Below are positions 12,801 to 23,735 of a DNA stretch of 64,000 nt, piece after piece. Source of the DNA: Macrostomum hystrix (lineage: Eukaryota > Animalia > Platyhelminthes). Position numbers and translations under genes: made by a program. The stretch's first letter is position 1; the number at the start of each line of letters is the position of its first letter. A model generated the notes under the pieces. That model had not been told where the DNA came from. It ran no database searches and saw only the letters and a program-made list of their open reading frames with translations. The DNA lies in contig CATNEN010000010.1 of assembly GCA_950097015.1 (NCBI GenBank), positions 2,914,001 to 2,978,000 on the forward strand, read 5' to 3'.

Positions 12801-15800
12801 CTGCCTCTCACCTGTCTCCCATCTCCACCTTCCTCTCACCTGTCTCCCATCTCCACCTGCCTCTCACCTGTCTCCCATCTCCACCTTCCTCTCACCTGTC
12901 TCCCATCTCCACCTGCCTCTCACCTGTCTCCCATCTCCACCTTCCTCTCACCTGTCTCCCATCTCCACCTTCCTCTCACCTGTCTCCCATCTCCACCTGC
13001 CTCTCACCTGTCTCCCGTCTCTACCTGCCAATCAGCCCACCAGTCGGCGGCGGTGCAGGCCGATCAGCCGCGCGTCCAGAGCCGACAACCGCCGGCCGGA
13101 TGCGACTTCCCCGAAGCTCTTCGCCGACACGGGCCGTGGGCGTTTCAGCACCACCTTGCCAGGGACTCGGCCACTGGGGAGCGCCTGCAGCCGCCTGCCG
13201 ACGAGTTGCGCTATGCTCTGGCCAGCGTTTCCATGGCAACCGGACGGCCGGAGCATCCGCTGGGCCGGCTGAACATTCACCGCCGTCTGGTCCTGCCCAG
13301 CGGCGACCAACGCGGCGGTTACCGCGAATCAGCGCCAGACGAGCCGCAGGAGGCGCTGGAGTGCCTGGAGATGGCGGCGACCAATCAGAGGCGGACGGAG
13401 ACCTTCCTGACTGCGCACTACCACTCGGACAGGTGGGATTTCAGCCCTTATTGCTGTCTAGTGTCCAGCTTTTATCCAACCATAAGTAGCCTATATCCGA
13501 CCACATCTTGTCCTTATCCAGCCATATAAGCCTTTATCCAACCATATATTGCCCTTATCCAGCCATATATTGTCTTTATCCAACCATAAGTAACCTTTAT
13601 CCAACAATATCAAGCCTTTATCCAACCTTATCTAGACTTTATCCAACCATATATAGCCCTTATTCAACCATATCAAGCCTTTATCCAACATTATCTAGCC
13701 ATTATTCAACCTTGAAAGATTCCATAACCTTGGCAAATTCTGATTGGCTGGCCTGTCTCTAGCCTGACTCTGCTAGCCACACCCCAACCACCTTGCAGAG
13801 GCACGCAGCAGCTGTCCGGCTACCTGTGCGTCACCTTCGAAGCCAAAACCGACGAACGCACCAGGGCTGTGTTCGCTATCACCGTGTACTTTGGTAATTC
13901 AGTCACCTGAACTCTGAACTGCGAGCCCCCTGTGACGTCACTCACCGCTCTCGATCCGCCGAACATTTCAGGCCAGGTGGAGCCGCACCGATTTCCAGTT
14001 GCGAATTGTCCGGTGGGGGAGCTCAGCGACAAATGGGCCTGGATTCGTGAGCTGGGGCCGCATATTTACCTTCTACAGAAATAACATTGCTATCTCACAT
14101 CTTACCTGAAAATATGAAACACTAATAATTTAGCCGAACCGAAAACAGCAAACTTCCGCGACCTTTCGTGTCCGTTCACCTTCTCCTACCGGGCCGTCCT
14201 GGACTGGATCGACGCCAGGGACCGGACCCACCCGCGTCCCGTTGTGAGTGCCATACGGACAATTTTTTATTTCCACGGCTGAAACTCACCCACCCCACCT
14301 CCGCTACCCCCACCCCAACTCGGCTAACCCCCGCCCCAGCACCGCTTTCCCCCGCCCCACCTCCGCTAACCCCAACCACAACCACACTAACCCCAACCCC
14401 AACTCCGCTAACCCCAACCCCAACTCCACCAACCCCCACCACAACTGCGCAGAACCTGCGATCCGGCCTGGGCACCGTGCAGGAGAACACCTTCACCCTG
14501 GTGCAGAGTCAGTGCGTCCGTGGCACCGGCATGAGCTGGCTGTTCTACAACGTGCCTCCCGGCTCGCTGCTGCGGGTAGCTCCGCTCTCACTGCTCGCCA
14601 GCCTGCCGAAACAGGATTCGATTCGTGAGTTCCCACTGTCAGGCATCTTAATTGATTAGGGCTTTAGACCTGATAAAGGCGTCATTTCTTTATAGAACCG
14701 AATTTCTCCCCTAATGATGTGCCGAAAATGGCCGCTATTTCAGAAGCCTCAATTAATTAGTCCCAAACAGACTCCCCAGTAGGAGTGAGGTCCCATCCAT
14801 CCTCCGCCTCTTGGCTGTCGAGTCTGCACTTGAGATTTCGCCTAATCACCAGCTTGAGGTGATGCGGGGGCGGTGAGGTGGCGGCTTTAATCGCTTTCAA
14901 TTTGCAGAGCAGCTGAAGCTGACTTTTGATGACGGCTGCAGGGCTCTTAAGGCTGAAGCATTTAATCTGGGCGCTCATAAAGTTGGAAGTGTCCCGTAAA
15001 ACTGAAGCCGCCGAACAATTCTCACTTATCATTCCTTCCGTCTTTTAGAAAATATTCTTTCAGAAAATTGAGAACTAAAATAATTAATTTCCGAATAGAT
15101 AAGAATCTTAATTGTCATATATCTTTCATCCATCATACGATATCGGCTGCGATTCGAAATAGTATTTTTGCTGCTTTTATGCTGCGATATTTGATATACG
15201 GCTATATTGATCAGAGCGATTCTCACTTTAGTTCCTGCTGCGATTCTCGCTATGGTTCCTGCTGCGATTCTCGCTATGGTTCCTGCTGCGATTCTCGCTA
15301 TGGTTCCTGCTGCGATTCTCGCTATGGTTCCTGCTGCGATTCTCGCTATGGTTCCTGCTGCGATTCTCGCTATGGTTCCTGCTGCGATTCTATATCTTCG
15401 GCTTCGGTTCTAGCTGCGATTCTATAGCTTCGGCTTCGGTTCTAGCTGCGATTCTATAGCTTCGGTTCCTGCTGCGATTCTATAGCTTTCGTTCCTTTTG
15501 CAATTCTATAGCTTCAGTTCCTGCTGCGATTCTATAGCTTCAGTTCCTACTGCGATTCTATAGCTTCAGTTCCTGCTGCGATTCTATAGCTTCAGTTCCT
15601 ACTGCGATTCTATAGCTTCAGTTCCTGCTGCGATTCTATAGCTTCAGTTCCTGCTGCGATTCTATAGCTTCAGTTCCTACTGCGATTCTATAGCTTCAGT
15701 TCCTGCTGCGATTCTATAGCTTCAGTTCCTGCTGCGATTCTATAGCTTCAGTTCCTGCTGCGATTCTATAGCTTCAGTTCCTGCTGCGATTCTATAGCTT

Positions 15801-18800
15801 CAGTTCCTGCTGCGATTCTAGCTACGCTTCTACGCTCGTACTAGTCTATGGCATTCATAAAATACTGCTTGGTCCAGGTTTTGCACTTTTAAGTCGAGTC
15901 GAGTCCAGCTGACTCTCCTTGTTCTGCGACTGGTTCTTCGTTTCACTTTCTGCCGCCCCAGGCTGGCTGAGCTGCTCATTTTGTGGCCTCAGAATATTGC
16001 TACAATATCCCATGGCGTGAGTGGCCGCAGTCACCAGCAGGTCACACTGGGTCCTCTTCCTTGCGCTCCCAGAAATCAGTGCGATTTTTTATTTCATGTA
16101 AAATTCGGCCACTCACGGCTGAAGTGGATGCTTGAACGCATAAAATCTGTTGAAAGCGATGATTGAAGTAGTGAAAAAAAGAAGTATTATCTGTACTTGC
16201 TACTGCTAGTACTATACCTAGCTGAGTGGATAAAAGAAAAATAATTATTAATGAACTTAAAAAATGTCCACAGAGGTGGACATGAGGTGCGCCGGCTCCT
16301 GGATCAAGCACAATGGCTCGCTGATGTATCACTTCACACTGCTGTACAACCCACTGCTGCCAATGTCTATATATACTCTGGTAAGGGCGAGATGAGATGA
16401 GACGGGACTGGTTGGGGAGGGATGGGACTGGTTGGGAAGGGATGGGACTGGTTGGGGTGGGATGGGACTGGTTGGGGAGGGATGGGACTGGTTGGGGAGG
16501 GATGGGACTGTTTGGGGAGGGATGCGACTGATTGGGGTGGGATGCGACTGCTTGGGGAGGGATGGGACTGGTTGGGGAGGGATGGGACTGTTTGGAGAGG
16601 GATGGGACTGGTTGGAGTGGGATGGGACTGGTTGGGTGGGATGGGACTGGTTGGGAAGGGATGGGACTGGTTGGGGAGGGATGGGACTGGTTGGGGAGGG
16701 ATGGGACTGGTTGGGGAGGGATGGGACTGTTTGGGGAGGGATGCGACTGATTGGGGTGGGATGCGACTGCTTGGGGAGGGATGGGACTGGTTGGGGAGGG
16801 ATGGGACTGTTTGGAGAGGGATGGGACTGGTTGGAGTGGGATGGGACTGGTTGGGTGGGATGGGACTGGTTGGGGAGGGATGGGACTGTTTGGGGAGGGA
16901 TGGGACTGCTTGGAGTGGGATGGGACTGTTTGGGGAGGGATGGGACTGGTTGGAGTGGGATGGGACTGGTTGGGGTGGGATGGGACTGGTTGGGGTGGGA
17001 TGGGACTGGTTGGGGAGGGATGGGACTGGTTGGGGAGGGATGGGACTGGTTGGGGAGGGATGGGACTGGTTGGGGATGGGAGTGGAGTGAAGATGAGCAT
17101 ACAATCGGCTCTCCCATTCCAGTCATAATCCTGGGCCTTGCTCCTCACTCCGAAATCCCACCAGAGAATTCCCGCCCAGAGCTACGAGGATGATTCGGCG
17201 GACTACGCGGCGGAGTTTCCCTCAACAGGCGAGTTCCGCCGGCAGCGCGCGCAGCAGCAGCGGCACCAGTACCGGGAGGCCATGCTGTATGAGGGTGCGG
17301 CTGAGGTGCTGGCGACCGGCTGGCAGTCCGGCCTGCTGCCCGCCAGGGGCCACCTGCTCAGCCGGGACGAGGTGGGCCACGCCCGGTTCCGCCTCACCTA
17401 CAGGCGATCGCGTGAGAGCCCGATTGCTAGGCTTGATGGGATTTCAAGAATTGGTTATGGGATTTCACAGACTGACGATGGGATTTTACAGACTGACGAT
17501 GGGATTTTACAGACTGATGATGGGAGTTCCCAAATTTCTGATGGGATTTTCCAAATTTATGATGGGATTTTCCAAATTTATGATGGGATTTCCCAAATTT
17601 ATGATGGGATTTCCCAAATTTCTGATGGGATTTACGAAATTTCTGATGGGATTTCCCAAATTTATGAGGGGATTTCCTAAATTTATGATGGGATTTCCCA
17701 AATTTATGATGGGATTTCCCAAATTTATGATGGGATTTCACGGATTGATGATAAGATCATTCAGATTTTGGAGGGATTGCAAATATCGACAATGGGATTT
17801 TTCCAGTGGGCGACTGCGACAACCATATTCGCGGCTGCCTGTTCAGCGAGAGCGCCCACCTTGGCGCCTCCATGCAGCTGAGGGTTCGCAACTGTCGCTT
17901 GAACTCCGAGTACGGCGACAGCCCCTGCCAAAGTGAGAGAATTGTCGAGACTGGCGTCCCAAATTTTAATTTGACAGCCTACTTTTCCAACTACATGAAT
18001 ACAAGTTGTCCGTCCCCGATCCCCCTTAATGAACATTTGCCACCTCGTCCAGCCCCCAACCCCTTAAATGTACACTCGCTAGCCCCAACTCTCTACTCGT
18101 AAATGTACATTCGCAAGCCCCAACCCCCCAAATTTACGTTCGCCACATCGTCCAGAAAGACAGATCAATTCGATACTCACTACTAACAAGTCACTACTTC
18201 CACTCCGGTCAGCACCCTGGAGTACCTCCAGTTGCTCCTTCACTGAAGCCGTCACAGGCAGCTGGGTCCGGCCGGGCCGCGAAGGCGGCTCCGTGGACAT
18301 CGGTGTGCGGACAGCTGGTGCTGAGGATGGGCAGCGCCGCCGGTTGCAGCCGCTGCCGTGGCCGATGCCGGGGAGCGGCATGCCGGACTCGACAGCCAGC
18401 AGTTTGACCCTGCGGCGCTGGGCCAGCTCTGGCAGGACTCTCGGCGGCATAGTGCTGGACGACTGGCCGACCGCTGACGAGGAGGCGTTATTCACCTGCC
18501 GGCGCACCTTTGGCCTGGCCAATCCTGGCATCCCGGACGGTGTCTACGTGATGCAGAAGGTGCCGGACGGCAGGTGGTGAGTGACATTAGAGCCGCAACC
18601 AGCGAGTAGGCAATTCTGCCCATTTCGCTGACTCCTGAGCACACACGCACACATATACCGTACACAGGCACACGCTCAGAAAGGTGTGTACATCTGCCCT
18701 GACTTTCTCATCGTCAGGCAGTGCACACTTCTACTGTGCCTTGGAGGGTGGCCCTCAAGGGCGTAGATTCCACGACAAGTCCCCAAGCCTTCTCTTGCGG

Positions 18801-20918
18801 CTGCGCCCCAAATGAATGTGGCCTAGCCGTGGAATCGAACTTAGGGACCTTGGTGCGAGAGGCAAACGCGCTAACCGCTCTGCCACCGACCCCCTACGAG
18901 CGTATCTGTTGGACTCTGAAGAAAATCGGTCGTTCGGTTTGAGAGCTGTCGTGAAGTAGGCAGACTGAATTTGAAATTTGAAGTGCCCCCGTACCCAAAA
19001 AATTTGTCGATTCCTTTCAGCGCCTCGATCAACTCCTGCCTGCAGACGCTGGCGCCGCTTCGGGTGACCAAACCCAACGGGGAGCTGACGGAGAATGGCA
19101 ACCTGCTGTTCCTCCGGATCAGTGAGTTGCCAATTCCCGGTGCTGTTCGGGGCTCGAATCTGCTTGTGTAAGCTGAAACTTGCTTAACTCCATGCAGGCC
19201 ACGACACTGCCCTGTCCGAGAGCCACGTCGCTGACAGATGCGTCTTCAACGAGAGGTCCATGGGGGTGGGCAACGCCACCATTCCCGTGTCGCGGTTTCA
19301 GACGGTGATTTCACGAGGAGCGTTGCGCGAGCCTCGTTAGTGAATTTGACCGGCTCAACATGTGCTAGCTTAAACACTGATAAGAGTGTACTCAGAGCCT
19401 ACCCAAAGTGCCTGGACACTGGGAAGAGTGTAGTCAAAACCTACTCAAAGTGTCCAGACACTGAGAAGAGGGAACTCAAGACATACACCAAGTGTCTAGA
19501 TACTGAGAAGAGGGTACTCAGAACCTACTCAAAGTCTCTAGACACTGAGAAGAGGGTACTCAGAACCTACTCAAAGTCTCTAGACACAGAGAAGAGGGTA
19601 CTCAGAACCTACTCAAAGTCTCTAGACACTGAGAAGAGGGTACTCAGAACCTACTCAAAGTCTCTAGACACAGAGAAGAGGGTACTCAGAACCTACTCAA
19701 AGTCTCTAGACACTGAGAAGAGGGTACTCAGAACCTACTCAAAGTCTCTAGACACTGTGTCGAGTGTACTTTTTACAAATCAGGCTACACACTGTCCTCC
19801 TGCTCATTTTCAGCCGGCTCAGTTTACTGCAGCGTGAACTTCTACTCCAGGTACAACTTCTCAACGGCCAGCAGCCGCCTTCCCTGCCTCTTCACCCTGA
19901 TGTCTGACACGCCCGCCTATGACAGCTTCCACTTCGGCTTCGTCAATGGCAGCCGGGGATGCCAGACTGATTTGGAATTCGCCACCCGCAGTAAGTCCTG
20001 ACTCAGGGTCTCTCAGGACTTCAAAACTTCATTCCTGCGCTTCAAAAGTTTCCACCTGATCCAATCATTTCCAGAGTACTTCTGTCTGGGCGGCTACAAC
20101 ATCGACCAGCAGGCATTCAGCCGGACAGTCAGCCGCACGGCCTTCATGTTCCACGCGGTGATCACCTACTTCGAGGAGGCCGGGCACCGCAGGTTCAACT
20201 GCTGGGTGAGACAGATTTTTTCTGCGACATTTTTCAGCCTACTTATCCTACTATAAGTAGAAATGAAAGCGCCTTGCATTTTTATAGTTTGATGGAAAAC
20301 CTAATGATAAAAAAACTGCTCAAACCCGATTAGCTAATTGAGAAGACCACCAGCCAGCTGGTGTCCCGCATGCTGCTCTTCGACACGGCCCAGTGCGGCC
20401 TTCTGTTCGCCGCCGACTCGCCCAGCTACGGCGAGAGTCCCGTCTACTTGGAGGCGGTGGAGGAGTCGGCAGCGGCTGCCGTGTTCCACAACCCGGAGCT
20501 GTACCCGATCGAGGCCAAAATGGACAGCGTTTTGGCTGGTGAGGGAGGGGGTGGGTGACACCCTAGTAGGACTTTAAGAAGTGAGCGACACTTTGAGCAA
20601 GCTGCTCGAGGCCCATATGTCTCGCATTCATTTACAGCTGATCGTGAGCGCCGGTCTCTCGAAGCCGCCTCTTCGACCTCGTTGACCGGCGGCAAGTCGG
20701 GGGCGACGGTAGCAGAGGCTGCGGCTGCTGGTGGAGGAGCCGCTGCGGCTGCGGCTTCGGGAACTTCGCTGAAGTCCGCTTCGGCCGTTTCAAATGACGT
20801 TAGTCGGCAGGCAGGAGGCGGCCTGGATGCGTCGTCTGGAACCTCCATCACCACCGGGCCGATGATTTTGTGGCTGATCGTGGTCGCGATAGCAGTCCCA
20901 CAAGGCTCGAGATTTTGA
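6809..20918 (+). CDS. Uncharacterised secreted, probably GPI-anchored, Cys-module protein (~960 aa, 16 exons)
   Basis: Phase-consistent GT-AG model: 6809-6908, 13036-13432, 13799-13893, 13972-14046, 14134(or 14149)-14243, 14453-14624, 16274-16380, 17165-17411, 17807-17932, 18156-18576, 19021-19121, 19198-19335, 19814-19990, 20075-20205, 20334-20538, 20638-20918 (2883 nt). Most exons are GC3-rich. The N-terminus has a signal-like PVLLLLLLA and the C-terminus a hydrophobic MILWLIVVAIAV. Exon 1 and the exon-12 donor are the least certain parts. Confidence 0.75.
7765..8160. repeat. Minisatellite, 18-bp unit
   Basis: Unit GCCTCTTCGCCACCCCTT, with variants. Confidence 0.95.
8851..9212. repeat. Minisatellite, 16-bp unit, ~22 copies
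   Basis: Unit CCTCAGACCGCCATTT. Confidence 0.95.
9765..10235. repeat. Purine-rich minisatellite, ~19-bp unit
   Basis: Unit GATGTAGGGAGGAAGGTGA. Confidence 0.9.
11027..12221. repeat. Highly homogeneous minisatellite, 24-bp unit, ~50 copies
   Basis: Unit GCAGCTAGAATTGCAGATGGAACA, with occasional 26-bp variants. Confidence 0.97.
12648..13030. repeat. Pyrimidine-rich minisatellite, 28-bp unit, ending at a splice acceptor
   Basis: Unit CCTCTCACCTGTCTCCCATCTCCACCT(G/T); the AG acceptor follows at 13034-13035. Confidence 0.95.
15228..15822. repeat. Compound minisatellite (24-bp units, then 26-bp units)
   Basis: GTTCCTGCTGCGATTCTCGCTATG switches to GTTCCTGCTGCGATTCTATAGCTTCA. Confidence 0.95.
16395..17080. 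repeat. G-rich minisatellite, 20-bp unit
   Basis: Unit GGGATGGGACTGGTTGGGGA; a variant block is repeated about 219 bp apart. Confidence 0.95.
17432..17745. repeat. Minisatellite, 21-bp unit
   Basis: Unit GATGGGATTTCCCAAATTTAT. Confidence 0.9.
18590..18894 (-). mobile_element. tRNA-derived SINE (family B), copy 1
   Basis: Reverse complement starts GGGGTCGGTGGCAGAGCGGTTAGCGC (A-box) and has GTTCGATTCC (B-box). The body is shared with the copies at 36984, 37930 and 39418. Confidence 0.85.
19375..19756. repeat. Minisatellite, 42-bp unit, ~9 copies
   Basis: Unit AGACACTGAGAAGAGGGTACTCAGAACCTACTCAAAGTCTCT. Confidence 0.95.
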
Positions 20919-20954
20919 CGCGTATAACATCGCCGCTTTACGAAATCCATGAAC

Positions 20955-21490
20955 TCCTGAACAAAAAGCGGAATGGGCTAGAGACACGCTGAAGAACCCC
21001 TGAAGAAACAGCGGAATGGGCTAGAGACACGCTGAAGAACTCCTGAACAAACAGCGAAATGGGCTAGAGACACGCTGAAGAACCCCTGAACAAACAGCGA
21101 AATGGGCTAGAGACACGCTGAAGAACTCCTGAACAAACAGCGGAATGGGCTAGAGACACGCTGAAGAACTCCTGAACAAACAGCGGAATGGGCTAGAGAC
21201 ACGCTGAAGAACTCCTGAACAAACAGCGGAATGGGCTAGAGACACGCTGAAGAACCCCTGAACAAACAGCGGAATGGGCTAGAGACACGCTGAAGAACTC
21301 CTGAACAAACAGTGGAATGGGCTAGAGACACGCTGAAGAACCCCTGAACAAACAACGGAATGGGCTAGAGACACGCTGAAGAACTCCTGAACAAACAGCG
21401 GAATGGGCTAGAGACACGCTGAAGAACTCCTGAACAAACAGCGGAATGGGCTAGAGACACGCTGAAGAACTCCTGAACAAACAGCGGAAA
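20955..21490. repeat. Minisatellite, 43-bp unit, ~12 copies
   Basis: Unit GCTAGAGACACGCTGAAGAACTCCTGAACAAACAGCGGAATGG. Confidence 0.95.
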
Positions 21491-21811
21491 GGCTTCGAAG
21501 CATCAGGTTTAGTCGTCTTGTCAACAAACCCTATTACACAATTGGCTCAACTTTATTCGAATATGAAATTGCTTTTGTCAATGATGGACAATCAAACTTT
21601 ACGCAGCTGTTGTTTTATGAGTATTTTAACAAGCTTTATTTGCAATAATCTAAATTCGAACCTTCGGATGTTCGCTTCCGCTCCACTTGTGCGGTTACCC
21701 AATCGAAGTCATATTAAAAGCTAAATGCGTCAAGTACACAGTCGCGTTTACTGCGACTCTGAAATATTACGCAGAGTTGAAAAAACATCATTTCAACCAA
21801 AATATCCCAAA

Positions 21812-22062
21812 AGACTGCTGGACATATTGGAACTAATGAAACTTAACATAAAAGACTGCTGGACATATTGGAACTAATGAAACTTAACATAAAAGACTGC
21901 TGGACATATTGGAACTAATGAAACTTAACATAAAAGACTGCTGGACATATTGGAACTAATGAAACTTAACATAAAAGACTGCTGGACATATTGGAACTAA
22001 TGAAACTTAACATAAAAGACTGCTGGACATATTGGAACTAATGAAACTTAACATAAAAGACT
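21812..22062. repeat. Minisatellite, 41-bp unit, 6 copies
   Basis: Unit AAGACTGCTGGACATATTGGAACTAATGAAACTTAACATAA. Confidence 0.95.
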
Positions 22063-22131
22063 GTGCTCATGTCGCGATGGAACATTTGTAATCTGTTGTT
22101 TGTGCTGTTTGAGATCATTTCTCATTCACTC

Positions 22132-23095
22132 TCAGTCACTCCCAGTCATTTGCAGTCACTCCCAGTCAATGTCAGTTACTCCCAGTCAATGTCAGTTACT
22201 CCCAGTCAATGTCAGTTACTCCCAGTCAATGTCAGTCACTCCCAGTCAATGTCAGTTACTCCCAGTCAATGTCAGTTACTCCCAGTCAATGTCAGTTACT
22301 CCCAGTCAATGTCAGTTACTCCCAGTCAATGTCAGTCACTCCCAGTCATTTGCAGTCACTCCCAGTCAATGTCAGTTACTCCCAGTCAATGTCAGTTACT
22401 CCCAGTCAATGTCAGTTACTCCCAGTCAATGTCAGTTACTCCCAGTCAATGTCAGTCACTCCCAGTCAATGTCAGTTACTCCCAGTCAATGTCAGTCACT
22501 CCCAGTCAATGTCAGTCACTCCCAGTCAATGTCAGTTACTCCCAGTCAATGTCAGTCACTCCCAGTCAATGTCAGTTACTCCCAGTCAATGTCAGTCACT
22601 CCCAGTCAATGTCAGTTACTCCCAGTCAATGTCAGTTACTCCCAGTCAATGTCAGTCACTCCCAGTCAATGTCAGTTACTCCCAGTCAATGTCAGTTACT
22701 CCCAGTCAATGTCAGTCACTCCCAGTCAATGTCAGTTACTCCCAGTCAATGTCAGTTACTCCCAGTCAATGTCAGTCACTCCCAGTCAATGTCAGTTACT
22801 CCCAGTCAATGTCAGTCACTCCCAGTCAATGTCAGTCACTCCCAGTCATTGGCAGTCACTCCCAGTCAATGTCAGTTACTCCCAGTCAATGTCAGTCACT
22901 TCCAGTCAATGTCAGTCACTCCCAGTCAATGTCAGTTACTCCCAGTCAATGTCAGTTACTCCCAGTCAATGTCAGTCACTCCCAGTCAATGTCAGTCACT
23001 CCCAGTCAATGTCAGTCACTCCCAGTCAATGTCAGTCACTCCCAGTCATTGGCAGTCACTCCCAGTCCAACTTCAGTCACTCCTGTCAATGTCCG
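22132..23095. repeat. Minisatellite, 20-bp unit, ~48 copies
   Basis: Unit CCCAGTCAATGTCAGT(T/C)ACT. Confidence 0.97.
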
Positions 23096-23465
23096 TTAAC
23101 CTCAGTCACTCGGCCCAGTCATTGTTTATGTAAGTTTTTATTCTCAAGCGAGAAAGGCAAGAGTACACAAGGCATTGCTGCTATTAGAAGATGATCTTCG
23201 AATTTTTATTTAGAGTTTGATCCTCTTATAGTTTTCTGTGTTAAAAATCTTCACAATTAGGGCACTTAATACATTAACAAGATAAACAAATATATAGAAA
23301 AACGAAATTTATTAACAAATTTTCGAGCTTAGCTAATACATTTATCCAGATATTAATCTCAGAGTACAGTACTGATCCAATGGAGTACCTGCTATTGATT
23401 AGTCAAATTTCAGCCAAAACGTCTCTGGGTGAAACTGAAAGTCAGAGCCCGGTCCGCTGCCGAAT

Positions 23466-23735
23466 CTAGCGCGACCCGTCACCGAACGGCTTGAAGGCGC
23501 CACCGACCGAACCGAGGATGCGGGCCACAAGGTCCGCCCAGTTCTTCTTCTGCAGACGCATCGACTCGCTGTCCAAGGCCTCCGGGTCGTCAACGTCGGA
23601 CAGGGCCTCCAGGGCCTCCAGGACCGCCTTCTTCTTCTCGAGCGCGTCCTCGGTGTCGTGGTGGCTGACGCTCGGCTTGGCCAAGGCCACAACGGCTGCG
23701 CAGAGCAGGAGAGCTGCGACGAATTGCCACTTCAT
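23466..23735 (-). CDS. Secreted prepro-peptide, copy 1 (89 aa)
   Basis: Intronless GC3-rich ORF: signal peptide MKWQFVAALLLCAAVVALA, acidic pro-region, KK site, then NWADLVARILGSVGGAFKPFGDGSR. Candidate polyA signal at 23308-23313. Confidence 0.85.
   Translation of the reverse strand: MKWQFVAALLLCAAVVALAKPSVSHHDTEDALEKKKAVLEALEALSDVDDPEALDSESMRLQKKNWADLVARILGSVGGAFKPFGDGSR

Noticed and set aside
16042-17936. Many overlapping 200-370 aa ORFs (GWD / PSP repeats)
   Set aside because: Artefacts of the 20-bp and 21-bp arrays; only 16274-16380, 17165-17411 and 17807-17932 behave as exons.
18820-18894. tRNA genes at the SINE heads (also 36984, 38292, 39418, 43196)
   Set aside because: A/B boxes are present but I see no complete cloverleaf, and each continues into a shared SINE body.
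20955-22062. CRISPR-like appearance of the 41-43 bp repeats
   Set aside because: Units are directly adjacent with no unique spacers, there are no cas genes, and the context is eukaryotic.
22063-23194. 296-364 aa ORFs in all three plus frames
   Set aside because: Translations of the 20-bp array.
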